Assembly (NCBI GenBank): GCA_000496195.1
Contig: KI543180.1
Location: forward strand, 29,755 to 74,358
DNA from: an uncultured archaeon A07HB70
GTDB lineage: Archaea > Halobacteriota > Halobacteria > Halobacteriales > Haloferacaceae
DNA: 44,604 nt
Direction: 5' to 3'
Below are positions 8,613 through 18,051 of this stretch, one piece after another. Position 1 is the stretch's first letter, and each line of letters opens with the position of its first letter. The notes below the pieces were generated by a model that was not told the DNA's origin, searched no databases, and saw only the letters and a list, made by a program, of their open reading frames with translations. The translations under genes and the position numbers were made by a program.

Positions 8613-9607
8613 GCGGCGCCGCGCCGGCGACGTCTCTGACCCTCGTCCAGGCCGTCAGGGACGGGCTGGCGGGCGAACTCGCGCGCGACGACGACGTCGT
8701 GATCCTCGGCGAGGACGTCGCCGCAAACGGCGGGGTGTTCCGCGCGACGGATGGCCTGCTCGACGAGTTCGGCCCCGATCGCGTCGTAGACACGCCGCTC
8801 GCGGAGTCGGGGATCGTCGGCGCGAGCGTCGGGATGGCGGCCTACGGCCTGCGGCCGGTGCCGGAGATACAGTTCTCCGGCTTCCTCTACCCCGGCTTCG
8901 ACCAGCTCGTCTCGCACGCCGCACGCCTCCGGACCCGGTCGCGCGGGGCGGTCACGGCGCCCGTGACCCTCCGGGCACCCTACGGCGGCGGCATCCGCGC
9001 GCCGGAGCACCACTCCGAGTCGAAGGAGGCGTTCTACGCCCACGAGCCGGGGCTGACCGTCGTCGTCCCCTCGACGCCACGGGACGCGAAGGGCCTGCTC
9101 GCGAGCGCGGTCCGGAGCCCCGACCCCGTCGTCTTCCTCGAGCCGAAGCGGATCTACCGCGCGTTCCGCGAGGACGTCCCCGACGAGGCGTACACCGTCC
9201 CGATCGGCGAGGCGACGGTGCGGCGCGAGGGGGCTGACGTCTCGGTGATCACCTACGGCGCGATGACACAGCCGGCGCTCGACGCCGCCGAGGCGCTTGC
9301 CGACGACGGCGTCGACACAGAGGTGGTCGACCTCCGGACCCTCGCGCCGCTGGACCGCGAGACGCTCGTCGCGTCGTTCGAGAAGACGGGCCGGGCCGTG
9401 GTCGTCCACGAGGCGCCGCGAACCGCCGGGGTCGGCGCCGAGGTGGTGGCGGCGCTCCAGGAGGCGGCGCTTCTCTACCAGGAGGCGCCGGTCGAGCGTG
9501 TGACCGGCTACGACGTCCCCGTGCCGCTGTACGCCCTGGAGCAGTTCTACCTCCCGAACGCCCTGCGCGTCCGCGAGGCGGTCGAGCGGGTGGTGAGCTA
9601 CCGGTGA
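8609..9607 (+). CDS. pdhB: 2-oxoacid dehydrogenase E1 component beta subunit
   Basis: GTG at 8609 overlaps the pdhA stop (GTGA). Sequence reads VSGAAPATSLTLVQAVRDGL...VVDTPLAESGIVG...FLEPKRIYR, a typical transketolase-like pyrimidine-binding and C-terminal domain. Confidence 0.9.
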   Translation: MSGAAPATSLTLVQAVRDGLAGELARDDDVVILGEDVAANGGVFRATDGLLDEFGPDRVVDTPLAESGIVGASVGMAAYGLRPVPEIQFSGFLYPGFDQLVSHAARLRTRSRGAVTAPVTLRAPYGGGIRAPEHHSESKEAFYAHEPGLTVVVPSTPRDAKGLLASAVRSPDPVVFLEPKRIYRAFREDVPDEAYTVPIGEATVRREGADVSVITYGAMTQPALDAAEALADDGVDTEVVDLRTLAPLDRETLVASFEKTGRAVVVHEAPRTAGVGAEVVAALQEAALLYQEAPVERVTGYDVPVPLYALEQFYLPNALRVREAVERVVSYR

Positions 9608-11229
9608 CCGACGTCCGCGAGTTCCGGCTGCCGGACCTCGGCGAGGGCGTCGCGGACGGCGAGGTGGTGGCGTGGCACGTCGAGCCGGGCAGCCGGGTCG
9701 CCGAGGACGATATCCTCGCCGAGGTGGAGACCGACAAGGCGCTGGTCGAGGTGCCGTCGCCGCACGACGGCGTCGTGACCGAGCTGTGCGCCGACGAGGG
9801 CGAGTTCCTGTCCGTCGGGTCGGTGCTGGTCCGGATCGAGACGGACGGAGACGGCGGGGAGACGGCGGCGAGCGGAGCGTCGACCGCCGCGGCGCCGGAC
9901 GACCCGGAGCCGACGGAGCACCGGGCCGCCGGGTCGTCCGGTCTGCGCATCCCCGCGCCGCCCTCTGTTCGTCGGCTCGCGCGCGAACGCGGCGTCGACC
10001 TCGCCGGCGTCGACGGGAGCGGGTCGGGAGGCCGGGTGACGGCGGCAGACGTGGAGCGAGCAGCCGGTGGGGCGGGCGGCGACGAGGCTGACAGCCGGGC
10101 GACTGCGGACGCCGCACAGCCGACAGAGCCCGCCTCGGCTGGCGGGCAGGCGTCTCCGGGCGATCCGGGCGGGACGAGCGACGACCCGCCGGCGGAGCGC
10201 GACGACGGGTCCGTGCCACGCGAGCGCACCCTCGCGACGCCCGCGACGCGCCACCTCGCCGACGAGCGGGGGGTCGACATCGACCGCGTGCGGGCGAGCG
10301 AGACACGCGACGGCGAGGCGTACGTGACGGCAGCAGCCGTGCGGGCACACGCGGAGGGAGCCGACGACACGGCGCCGGCAGACGTCGGGACGGAGCGTGA
10401 GACGGAGCCGGCGGCGCCGACCCCGGTCGAGGAGCGCGACGCGGCGCCGTCGTCCGGGGCCGGGACGACAGAGGCCGCGGCAGCGGCAGTCGAGGCGGCG
10501 GCTGCGACGCTCGACACGGAGGACGGCGGTCCGGCGGGCGACGTCTCGGGCGAGCGCGTCCCCTACCGCGGGGTGCGGCGGTCTGTCGGCGAGCGGATGG
10601 CGCGGTCGGCCCGGACCGTTCCGCACGCGACACACCACGACAGCGTCGACGCGACGCGGCTGGCCGAGGTTCGCGGGGCGCTGGCAGACGCCGTCGACGC
10701 GCCGCTCACCTACACCGCGTTCGTCGTGCGGGCGGTCGTCGACGGCCTCGTCGAGTATCCGTCGCTGAACGCACGGCTGGACGAGGACCGCGAGGAGATC
10801 GTCTACCGTGACGAGTACAACGTCGGCGTCGCGGTGGCGACGGAGGCGGGCCTCGTCGTTCCGGTCGTCGAGGACGCCGACGAGCTGGACGTCCCGGCGC
10901 TGGCGGCGCGGGTCGACGACCTCGCGTCGCGAGCGCGCGACCGAGCGGTCGACGCCTCGGAGCTGCGCGGCGGCACGTTCACCGTCTCGAACGTCGGCAC
11001 GGTCGGCGGCGAGTACGCGACGCCGATCGTCAACCACCCGGAGGTGGCGGTGCTGGCGCTCGGGGCGGTTCGCGAGCGGCCACGCGTCGTCGAGGGCGGG
11101 GTGGTCGCGCGCCACACCCTGCCGCTCTCGCTCTCCATCGACCACCGTGTCGTCGACGGCGCGGAGGCCGCGGCGTTCACCAACCGCGTGATGGAGCGCC
11201 TACGCGAGCCGGCGCGGCTCCTGCTCTGA
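9604..11229 (+). CDS. dihydrolipoamide acyltransferase (E2) with one lipoyl domain and two peripheral-subunit-binding-like segments
   Basis: GTG at 9604 overlaps the E1beta stop (GTGA). Lipoyl motif is VETDKALVEVPSP. PSBD-like segments are PSVRRLARERGVDLAGVDGSGSGGRVTAADV and TPATRHLADERGVDIDRV. Catalytic site is SIDHRVVDGAEAA. Confidence 0.9.
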   Translation: MTDVREFRLPDLGEGVADGEVVAWHVEPGSRVAEDDILAEVETDKALVEVPSPHDGVVTELCADEGEFLSVGSVLVRIETDGDGGETAASGASTAAAPDDPEPTEHRAAGSSGLRIPAPPSVRRLARERGVDLAGVDGSGSGGRVTAADVERAAGGAGGDEADSRATADAAQPTEPASAGGQASPGDPGGTSDDPPAERDDGSVPRERTLATPATRHLADERGVDIDRVRASETRDGEAYVTAAAVRAHAEGADDTAPADVGTERETEPAAPTPVEERDAAPSSGAGTTEAAAAAVEAAAATLDTEDGGPAGDVSGERVPYRGVRRSVGERMARSARTVPHATHHDSVDATRLAEVRGALADAVDAPLTYTAFVVRAVVDGLVEYPSLNARLDEDREEIVYRDEYNVGVAVATEAGLVVPVVEDADELDVPALAARVDDLASRARDRAVDASELRGGTFTVSNVGTVGGEYATPIVNHPEVAVLALGAVRERPRVVEGGVVARHTLPLSLSIDHRVVDGAEAAAFTNRVMERLREPARLLL

Positions 11230-11239
11230 CCGACCCGGG

Positions 11240-11258
11240 GCAGTTTTGTCCCTCCCCC
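11240..11258 (+). promoter_or_regulatory. promoter-like element GCAGTTTTGTCCCTCCCCC upstream of lpdA
   Basis: The AGTTTTGT core lies about 27 nt before ATG 11273. A near-identical copy sits in inverted orientation just after the lpdA stop. Confidence 0.35.
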
Positions 11259-11272
11259 GACGACGGCGACGT

Positions 11273-12691
11273 ATGGCCGTCGGCGACGTCGAGAGGGGGA
11301 CCGACCTGCTCGTGATCGGCGGGGGGCCGGGCGGGTACGCCGCCGCGATCCGGGGCGCACAGCGCGGGCTCGACGTCACGCTTGTCGAGCGCGATTCCTA
11401 CGGCGGGACCTGTCTCAACCGGGGGTGTATCCCCTCGAAGGCGCTGGTGTCGGTCGCTGGCCTCGCCGACGACGCCGGCTCCGCCGAGTCGATCGGCGTC
11501 CACGCCGACCCGGTCGTCGACATGGGGCAGACGGCGGCGTGGATCGGAGACGTCGTCGACCGGCTCTCTGGCGCGGTCGAGAAGCTCTGCAAGGCAAACG
11601 GCGTCACGCTCGTCGAGGGGGTTGCGGAGTTCGCGGGGCCGAACGAGGCGCGGGTGCGCCACGAGGGCGAGGGCCGGGGCGCGGAGACGCTTCGGTTCGA
11701 GCGGGCGGTCGTCGCTACCGGCTCGCGCCCGGTCGAGCTGCCGGCCCTGCCGTTCGACGACGACCGGGTACTCGACTCCGCGGCGGCGCTCGCGCTGGAC
11801 CGGGTGCCCGACCGGCTGGTCGTCGTCGGCGCCGGCTACATCGGCATGGAGCTGTCGACGGCGTTCGCGAAGCTCGGCGCGGACGTGACCGTCGTCGAGG
11901 CGCTCGACGAGGCGCTCACGGGCTACGAGGACGACGTGACGCGGGCGGTGCGGGACGGCGCGGCTGCTGCCGGCGTGGAGGTCCGGCTCGGGGAGCGCGC
12001 GGTCGGACTGGCCGAGGCAGACGGGGCGGTGCTGGAGACGGAGACCGACGAGGGCACGGAGCGATACCCCGCCGACGCCGTCCTCGTCGCGGTCGGGCGC
12101 GACCCCGTGACGAACACGGTGAACCTCGACGCGGTCGGACTGACGCCGGAGCCGGACGGCTCGCTCGCCGTCGACGAGACGTGCCGGACCGACGCCGAGG
12201 GCGTCTTCGCCGTCGGTGACGTCGCCGGCGACCCGATGCTCGCCCACCGGGCCTACCGCGAGGGGGCGGTCGCCGCCGCCGTCGCCGCCGGCGACCCGGA
12301 GGCGGTGGACGACCGGGCGGTGCCGGCAGCGGTGTTCACCGACCCGGAGGTGGCGACGGTTGGCCTGACCGCCGACGAGGCCCGCGACGCGGGCTACGAG
12401 CCGGCGGTCGGCGAGATGCCGTTCCGGGCCAGCGGCCGGGCGCTCACGACCGGCCACTCGGACGGGTTCGCGCGCGTCGTCGCCGACGCCGAGACGGGGG
12501 TGGTCCTCGGCGGACAGGTCGTCGGCCGCGAGGCCTCGGAGCTGATAGCGGAGGTGACCCTCGCCGTCGAGATGGGCGCGACGCTCGTCGACCTCGCGGC
12601 GACGGTCCACGTCCACCCGACGCTGACAGAGGCGGTCCACGAGGCCGTCGAGAACGCCCGCGACGAGGCGATTCACACCCTGAACCGCTGA
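11273..12691 (+). CDS. lpdA: dihydrolipoyl dehydrogenase (E3)
   Basis: ATG at 11273 (MAVGDVERGTDLLVIGGGPGGYAAA). Redox disulfide is GGTCLNRGCIPSK and the C-terminal motif is HVHPTLTEAV. The 9 codons upstream in the ORF-track call are Arg-rich and overlap a TATA-like box. Confidence 0.92.
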   Translation: MAVGDVERGTDLLVIGGGPGGYAAAIRGAQRGLDVTLVERDSYGGTCLNRGCIPSKALVSVAGLADDAGSAESIGVHADPVVDMGQTAAWIGDVVDRLSGAVEKLCKANGVTLVEGVAEFAGPNEARVRHEGEGRGAETLRFERAVVATGSRPVELPALPFDDDRVLDSAAALALDRVPDRLVVVGAGYIGMELSTAFAKLGADVTVVEALDEALTGYEDDVTRAVRDGAAAAGVEVRLGERAVGLAEADGAVLETETDEGTERYPADAVLVAVGRDPVTNTVNLDAVGLTPEPDGSLAVDETCRTDAEGVFAVGDVAGDPMLAHRAYREGAVAAAVAAGDPEAVDDRAVPAAVFTDPEVATVGLTADEARDAGYEPAVGEMPFRASGRALTTGHSDGFARVVADAETGVVLGGQVVGREASELIAEVTLAVEMGATLVDLAATVHVHPTLTEAVHEAVENARDEAIHTLNR

Positions 12692-12701
12692 GCCGTCTCG
12701 C

Positions 12702-12715
12702 GGGGGACAAACTGC
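12702..12715 (-). promoter_or_regulatory. inverted copy (GCAGTTTGTCCCCC on the minus strand) of the lpdA upstream element
   Basis: Lies 11 nt after the lpdA stop and points back into lpdA. Matches 11240-11258 with two 1-nt gaps. Confidence 0.3.
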
Positions 12716-12725
12716 ACCGTCGATC

Positions 12726-12752
12726 CGGGGTTTTCGGGCGGCCTAAACCCCG
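12726..12752 (+). terminator. hairpin CGGGGTTT-N11-AAACCCCG between lpdA and fdx
   Basis: Perfect 8-bp stem with a T4 run in the 5' arm, 35 nt after the lpdA stop. Confidence 0.4.
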
Positions 12753-12816
12753 AGACGGGCGATATCTGGGCGCCAAATAACAAGGTCTAATGGGGTGGGG
12801 CCGCTACCATCTGTTG

Positions 12817-13206
12817 ATGCCTACGGTCGAATACCTGAACTACGAGGTGCTCGACGACCACGGCTGGTCGATCGACGACGACGACCTGTTCGAGAAGGCC
12901 AGCGACGCGGGGCTCGACGACGAGGACTACGGCTCGCTCGGCGTAAACCAGGGCGAGTATATCCTCGAGGCGGCGGAGGCTCAGGGCTACGACTGGCCCT
13001 TCTCCTGCCGCGCGGGCGCCTGCGCGAACTGCGCGGCAATCGTCCAGGAGGGCGAGATCGAGATGGACATGCAGCAGATCCTCTCCAACGAGGAGGTCGA
13101 GGAGAAAGACGTCCGCCTGACCTGTATCGGCTCGCCGTCCGCCGAGGAGGTCAAGATCGTCTACAACGCGAAGCACCTCGACTACCTCCAGAACCGCGTC
13201 ATCTGA
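12817..13206 (+). CDS. fdx: haloarchaeal plant-type [2Fe-2S] ferredoxin
   Basis: ATG at 12817 ([17 protein letters not shown]...). Cluster ligands are [10 protein letters not shown]...RLTC. Contains the acidic N-terminal insertion typical of halophilic Fdx. 129 aa. Confidence 0.95.
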   Translation: MPTVEYLNYEVLDDHGWSIDDDDLFEKASDAGLDDEDYGSLGVNQGEYILEAAEAQGYDWPFSCRAGACANCAAIVQEGEIEMDMQQILSNEEVEEKDVRLTCIGSPSAEEVKIVYNAKHLDYLQNRVI

Positions 13207-13223
13207 GGTCCGCAACCGTTCGG

Positions 13224-13229
13224 TTTTTT
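13224..13229 (+). terminator. oligo-T tract (TTTTTT) after fdx
   Basis: Lies 18 nt after the fdx stop. Oligo-T is the established archaeal intrinsic termination signal, and T6 is conspicuous in this GC-rich DNA. Confidence 0.5.
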
Positions 13230-13331
13230 CTCGCACGGTAGAGCCGTCTCTTCCGTTCCGCTCGCCACGGCGAGCCGGAGCCACGCTCGACCGACCGCAA
13301 CCACTAATCCCGGTCCCCGCGCACGCCCGGC

Positions 13332-14294
13332 GTGGCCACGGCGAGCGCTCCCGACATCCTCCGGCTGGTCGCCGTCCCCGCCTTCGGCTACGCGGCCTGG
13401 ACGGACCTGCGAACCCGCCGGGTGACGAACCGGCTGTGGCCGCCGCTCGTCGTCCTCGGACTCGTCCTCCTCGTCGTCGAGGGGTGGGGTCGGGTGCCGC
13501 CCGCGACGGTCGGTGACCGCCTCTTTCTGATCCGGGTCGCCGCGAGCGTCGGGATCCTGATCCCGCTGTCGTACCTGCTCTGGCGTGTCGGCGGGTTCGG
13601 CGGCGCGGACGCGAAGGCGTTCATGACCGTCGCAGTGCTGCTCCCCACCTACCCGGCCTACTTCCTGCCCGGCATCGCGCTCCCGGCTGTCCGCACGGCG
13701 ACCGGGCTCTTCTCGCTCACCGTCGTCACGAACGCCGTCCTCGTCGGCGCGGCCTACCCGCTCGCGGTCGGGGCGCGAAACGCCGTCGACGGCGTCCTCG
13801 CGCCGACGATGTTCCTCGCGCGGCGCGTCCCGGTCGGGGAGCTCGGCGAGCGCCACGGCCGGCTGTTCGAGACACCGGACGAGCAGACCCGACGGGGGCT
13901 CGACCTCGACGCCCTGCGGATGTACCTGCGCTGGCGCGGGACGACGCTGTCGGCGCTCCGGGGTGACCCGGCGGGCCACCGCGACCCGTCGAGCGTCGGG
14001 GAGACGACGGCGGTTGGCGACGGCGGGGTCGACGGTCCGCCGGTCGCCGATGGCGGCCTGACGGGCGACGACCCGTGGGCCGCAGGCCGCTTCGCCGACG
14101 AGGTCGGCGAGCCGTACGGGACGACGCCGGAGACGCTCCGGGACGGGCTGCGGGTCGTCTCGGACCCCGACCGGGAGGCGGTGTGGGTCAGTCCCGGCAT
14201 CCCGTTCGTCGTCCCGATGTTCGTCGGCCTGGTCGTCGCCTTGACCTACGGCGATCTGCTGTTCGGCCTCCTCGCCGCCGTCGGCGGCGCGTGA
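13332..14294 (+). CDS. pibD: A24-family prepilin/preflagellin (archaellin) signal peptidase
   Basis: GTG start. Polytopic membrane protein with two catalytic Asp motifs: [16 protein letters not shown] and [11 protein letters not shown]. Carries a long acidic soluble insertion before the last TM. Confidence 0.8.
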   Translation: MATASAPDILRLVAVPAFGYAAWTDLRTRRVTNRLWPPLVVLGLVLLVVEGWGRVPPATVGDRLFLIRVAASVGILIPLSYLLWRVGGFGGADAKAFMTVAVLLPTYPAYFLPGIALPAVRTATGLFSLTVVTNAVLVGAAYPLAVGARNAVDGVLAPTMFLARRVPVGELGERHGRLFETPDEQTRRGLDLDALRMYLRWRGTTLSALRGDPAGHRDPSSVGETTAVGDGGVDGPPVADGGLTGDDPWAAGRFADEVGEPYGTTPETLRDGLRVVSDPDREAVWVSPGIPFVVPMFVGLVVALTYGDLLFGLLAAVGGA

Positions 14295-14328
14295 AAAGAC
14301 CTATCGGCGCGTCTGCGGTACGGGGGCC

Positions 14329-14700
14329 GTGACCGACGTCGACCTCGACCTCGACTTCGGCGACGACGGACTGGTCCCCGTCGTCGCGCAGGACGCCGAC
14401 TCCGACGAGGTGCTGATGCTTGCGTACGCGACGCGCGAGGCCGTCGCGCTGACCCGCGAGACTGGCCGGGCGCACTACTACTCGCGGTCGCGCGACGAAC
14501 TCTGGGAGAAGGGCGCGACGAGCGGCCACACGCAGGCCGTCGCGGCGGTCCGGGTCGACTGTGACGGCGACGCCCTGCTCTACCGGGTGAGACAGACCGG
14601 CGGCGCCTGCCACACCGGCTTCCGCTCCTGTTTCCACCGCACGCTCGGCGGCGAGACGGTCGGCGACCGCGTCTTCGACCCCGACGAGGTGTACGAGTGA
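14329..14700 (+). CDS. hisI: phosphoribosyl-AMP cyclohydrolase
   Basis: 123 aa with [17 protein letters not shown]...[25 protein letters not shown]. Confidence 0.9.
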   Translation: MTDVDLDLDFGDDGLVPVVAQDADSDEVLMLAYATREAVALTRETGRAHYYSRSRDELWEKGATSGHTQAVAAVRVDCDGDALLYRVRQTGGACHTGFRSCFHRTLGGETVGDRVFDPDEVYE

Positions 14701-15860
14701 CGGCGGACGCGGGCAGCCGCGGAGACGACGGCGAGAGGACGGCGGCGCTCGTCGACCGGGCCCGGACGGTCGCAGAGCGGGTCGAGCGGCTGGCGTCGGA
14801 GGCAGAGCGCGCCCGCGAGGCCGTCGCCGACGTCGGCGAGGACCGGGTCGCGGCAGCCGCCGACGCCCACGACCGGGCCGTCACCATGCTGGACCGGTAC
14901 GAGGAGCGCGCGACCGGCACCGGCGACTTCGAGGCGTACCTGGAGTTCCAGGGCCGGTTTCTCGGCCTCGTCGAGGAGCTGGACGACGACCTGCCTGGCC
15001 GTGAGTCGTTCGAGGAGGCGGGCGAGGCGATGGACCGCCGCCGTCTCCGCAAGCGCGACTTCGACCGGGCCCGGGAGGCGCTGGCCGAGGTCGAGCGGTT
15101 CCGCAACATGCTGGACCGCCGGACGGAGGCCGCCGAGCGCCGCCGGACCGCGCGCCACGAGGCCCGCGAGACCCGCGAGACGGCCGAGGAGCGGATCGCG
15201 GCCCTCGAGCGGACCCTGGAGCTCGGCGACGCGGACCTCGACGCGCCGGTCGACCGGCTCGGGGAGCCGGTCGGGGCGTACAACGAGGCCGTACGCGAGG
15301 CGTTCGACGAGTTCTACCGCGAGGCGAGCGCCCGTGACCTGTTCGCGTGGCTGGAGACGACAGAGTCGTACCCGCTCGTCGACCTGCGCCGACCCCCGCG
15401 GGGCGTTCGCGAGTACGTCGCGAACCACGCGGCGGGCGAGCAGCCGGTCGCCGACCTCCTCGAGTACGCCGACTACTCGGTGTCGAAGCTCGCCCACTAC
15501 GTCGACGACCCCGGCGCGCTCCGGGCGAAGGTCGCGACCCACCGGACCTACCTCGAGCGGCTGAGCGCCGAGCCGCTGACCGTCGGGTGGCCGCCGCCGG
15601 ACGCCGAGCGGCTGCGGTGGCTCGGCGAGGAACTCGTCGCGGTCGTCGGTCGGTTCGCCGACGAGGCGACCGTCGCGCGCGCCCGAACGGTGCGGGACCT
15701 GCCCCGCGAGACGGACTACGGACGCCTGCGCCGGGCCGCGGTCGCGCGGGCGGAACTGGACGAGACCGAGCGGGAACGCCTGCGTGACGGGCGGACTGCG
15801 GACGACCTCGCGGCGCTCCGCGAGGCGCGGGCAGCGCTGGACACGGCGCTCACGGACTGA
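14697..15860 (+). CDS. uncharacterised acidic coiled-coil protein (haloarchaeal-type hypothetical)
   Basis: 387-aa ORF whose GTG overlaps the hisI stop (GTGA). High GC3. The N-terminal half is a long Arg/Glu/Ala helical region. No motif I can assign. Confidence 0.72.
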   Translation: MTADAGSRGDDGERTAALVDRARTVAERVERLASEAERAREAVADVGEDRVAAAADAHDRAVTMLDRYEERATGTGDFEAYLEFQGRFLGLVEELDDDLPGRESFEEAGEAMDRRRLRKRDFDRAREALAEVERFRNMLDRRTEAAERRRTARHEARETRETAEERIAALERTLELGDADLDAPVDRLGEPVGAYNEAVREAFDEFYREASARDLFAWLETTESYPLVDLRRPPRGVREYVANHAAGEQPVADLLEYADYSVSKLAHYVDDPGALRAKVATHRTYLERLSAEPLTVGWPPPDAERLRWLGEELVAVVGRFADEATVARARTVRDLPRETDYGRLRRAAVARAELDETERERLRDGRTADDLAALREARAALDTALTD

Positions 15861-17190
15861 CCGCGGCGACGGCGTCGTCTGCGAGGTCCGCGGCGCGGTC
15901 GGGGTCGGTCGCCTCCGCGTACACCCGGACGACGGGTTCGGTGCCGGAGGGCCGGACGAGGAGCCAGCCGTCCGCGAACGCCATCCGGTAGCCGTCGACG
16001 GTGTTGAGGTCGGCGCCGGTCGCCTCGGCGTAGGCCCGCGCCGACGCGAGGATCGCGGCGCGCTCGTCGTCGTTCTCGTACGGCAGGTTGCGCCGCACGG
16101 CGTGGTAGTCGCGGTATGGCGCGACCACCTCGCTGGCCGGGCGCTCGGCGACGAGCGAGAGGAACCGGGCGGCGGCGAGTGCGCCGTCGCGCGCGAGGCG
16201 GTCCTCCGGGAAGAACACGCCGCCGTTTCCCTCGCCGGCGACCGGGACCCGGACGCCCTCGCGGCGCAGCTCTCGCACCCGCGTGACGATGTTCGTCGCG
16301 CCGATCGGGGTGAGCTCGAGGCGTGCGTCCGCCGCCTCGACGACGTCGACGACGCGGCTGGAGACGTTCACCGCCGAGACGACGGCGTCACCGGGCTCGA
16401 GCGCCGCGGCACAGAGCGCGGCGAGGCTGGACTCGCCGGGGACTGCCTCGCCGCGTTCGTCGACGAAGACTGCCCGGTCGGCGTCGCCGTCGTGGGCCAC
16501 GCCGACGTCCGCGTCCGTCGCCCGGACCAGGCGCCGGAGGTCGGTGAGGTTCGCCGGCACCGGCTCCGGCTCCCGGCCCGGGAAGTGGCCGTCCGGCGCG
16601 CCGTTGACCGTCACGACCCGGCAGCCGAGTTCGCGGAGGAACGCCGGCGACGTGAGTGCGCCCGCGCCGTGGCCGGGGTCGAGCGCGACGGTCAGGCCGA
16701 GGTCGACGTCGCCGACGGCGTCGACGAGGTCCGCGACGTACGCCTGGCAGGCGTCGTCGACGGCGCGGACCCGGCCCACCTCGTCCCACCGCGCCTCGTC
16801 GACGGGCCGGTCGAAGACGTGGGCCTCGACGCGTTCGAGCGCGTCGACGGTGAGCTCGACGCCCTCGTCGTCGATCAGCTTCAGGCCGTTGTAGTCCGCC
16901 GGGTTGTGTGACGCGGTGACGACGACGGCCGGGACGCCCTCGCGCGCGCAGCGAGCGGCGACGCCGGGCGTCGGGAGGACGCCGAGCCGCGAGACGTCGA
17001 CGCCGACGCTCGTCAGCCCGCTCGCGGCGGCGTCGGCCAGCATCTCGCCCGAGGTCCGGGTGTCGCGGCCGATCGCGACGCGGTCGGCGTCCCAGACGGT
17101 CCCGGCGGCACGGGCGACACGGAGGACGAGCGAGGGTGTCATCGCCTCACCGACGGTCCCGCGCGTGCCGCTGGACCCGAACAGCTCCAT
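15850..17190 (-). CDS. phosphohexomutase (phosphoglucosamine mutase / phosphomannomutase family)
   Basis: 446 aa starting MELFGSSGTRGTVGE. Active-site loop is TASHNPADYNGLK and the metal loop is AHDGDADRAVF. The 3' end overlaps the convergent upstream gene by 11 nt. Confidence 0.9.
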   Translation of the reverse strand: MELFGSSGTRGTVGEAMTPSLVLRVARAAGTVWDADRVAIGRDTRTSGEMLADAAASGLTSVGVDVSRLGVLPTPGVAARCAREGVPAVVVTASHNPADYNGLKLIDDEGVELTVDALERVEAHVFDRPVDEARWDEVGRVRAVDDACQAYVADLVDAVGDVDLGLTVALDPGHGAGALTSPAFLRELGCRVVTVNGAPDGHFPGREPEPVPANLTDLRRLVRATDADVGVAHDGDADRAVFVDERGEAVPGESSLAALCAAALEPGDAVVSAVNVSSRVVDVVEAADARLELTPIGATNIVTRVRELRREGVRVPVAGEGNGGVFFPEDRLARDGALAAARFLSLVAERPASEVVAPYRDYHAVRRNLPYENDDERAAILASARAYAEATGADLNTVDGYRMAFADGWLLVRPSGTEPVVRVYAEATDPDRAADLADDAVAAVSP

Positions 17191-17300
17191 GTGTGAGATG
17201 CCGGATGACGGCTAAAAGTCGTTGCGGGCGCGGGGCGCCGGTGGCCGAGAGGCGGCCCGCGAGCGCCAGCGCTTTGCCCGCCCGGCTGTCAGCCTCGCGC

Positions 17301-18023
17301 GTGTTCCAGTCGTTCGAGGTCGTCCCGGCTGTCGACGTCGAGGACGGCGAGACGGTCCAGCTAGTCGGCGGCGAGCGCGGCACCGGGCGGCGTCACGGCG
17401 ACCCCGTCGCCGCCGCGGAGCGGTGGGTCGAGGAGGGCGCACGCACGCTCCACCTCGTCGACCTCGACGGCGCGTTCGAGGGCGAGCGGCGGAACGCCGA
17501 CGCTCTCGCGCGGATCGCAGAGCGGGTCGACGTCTCGCTCCAGGTCGGCGGCGGGATCCGGACGGCAGCCGACGCGCGCTCGCTGCTCGACTCCGGCGTC
17601 GACCGCGTGATCCTCGGCACCGCCGCCGTCGAGGAGCCAGACCTGGTGCGGCGGGTCGCCGCCGACCACCCCGACGGGGTGCTGGTGAGCCTCGACGCGA
17701 GCGACGGCGAGGTCGTGGTGTCGGGCTGGACGGAGGGGACGGGGCTCGACCCCGCGGCAGCCGCGCGGCGCTACGCCGGCCTCGGCGCCGCGGGTGTGCT
17801 GTTCACGGACGTCGACGTCGAGGGGCGGATGGCGGGCGTGCGCGCCGACCGGGTCCGGCGCGTCGTCGAGGCGGTGGACGTGCCGGTCGTCGCGAGCGGC
17901 GGCGTGGCGGCGCTCGACGACGTGGCGGCGCTCCGCGAGGCCGGCGCGGCAGCCGTCGTGGTCGGCACCGCGCTGTACGAGGGCGCGTTCACGCTCCGCG
18001 AGGCGACGACAGAGGGGAACTGA
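17301..18023 (+). CDS. hisA: 1-(5-phosphoribosyl)-5-[(5-phosphoribosylamino)methylideneamino]imidazole-4-carboxamide isomerase
   Basis: GTG at 17301 ([16 protein letters not shown]...[11 protein letters not shown]...QVGGGIR...ASGGV). The longer ORF-track start at 17136 would overlap the divergent mutase gene and is Arg/Cys-rich. Confidence 0.9.
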   Translation: MFQSFEVVPAVDVEDGETVQLVGGERGTGRRHGDPVAAAERWVEEGARTLHLVDLDGAFEGERRNADALARIAERVDVSLQVGGGIRTAADARSLLDSGVDRVILGTAAVEEPDLVRRVAADHPDGVLVSLDASDGEVVVSGWTEGTGLDPAAAARRYAGLGAAGVLFTDVDVEGRMAGVRADRVRRVVEAVDVPVVASGGVAALDDVAALREAGAAAVVVGTALYEGAFTLREATTEGN

Positions 18024-18051
18024 CAAGCCGCCGGGGGACGCTTGTCCGGAC

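Noticed and set aside
12692-13206. Ferredoxin as a functional component of the adjacent 2-oxoacid dehydrogenase operon
   Set aside because: OADH complexes pass electrons to NAD+ via LpdA, not to ferredoxin. fdx is separated from lpdA by a hairpin and has its own AT-rich upstream box and oligo-T terminator, so the adjacency is probably just conserved synteny.
17136-17300. Longer hisA start (ORF track 17136)
   Set aside because: It would overlap the divergent phosphohexomutase gene and its promoter, and the extension is Cys/Arg-rich. The conserved HisA N-terminus begins at GTG 17301.
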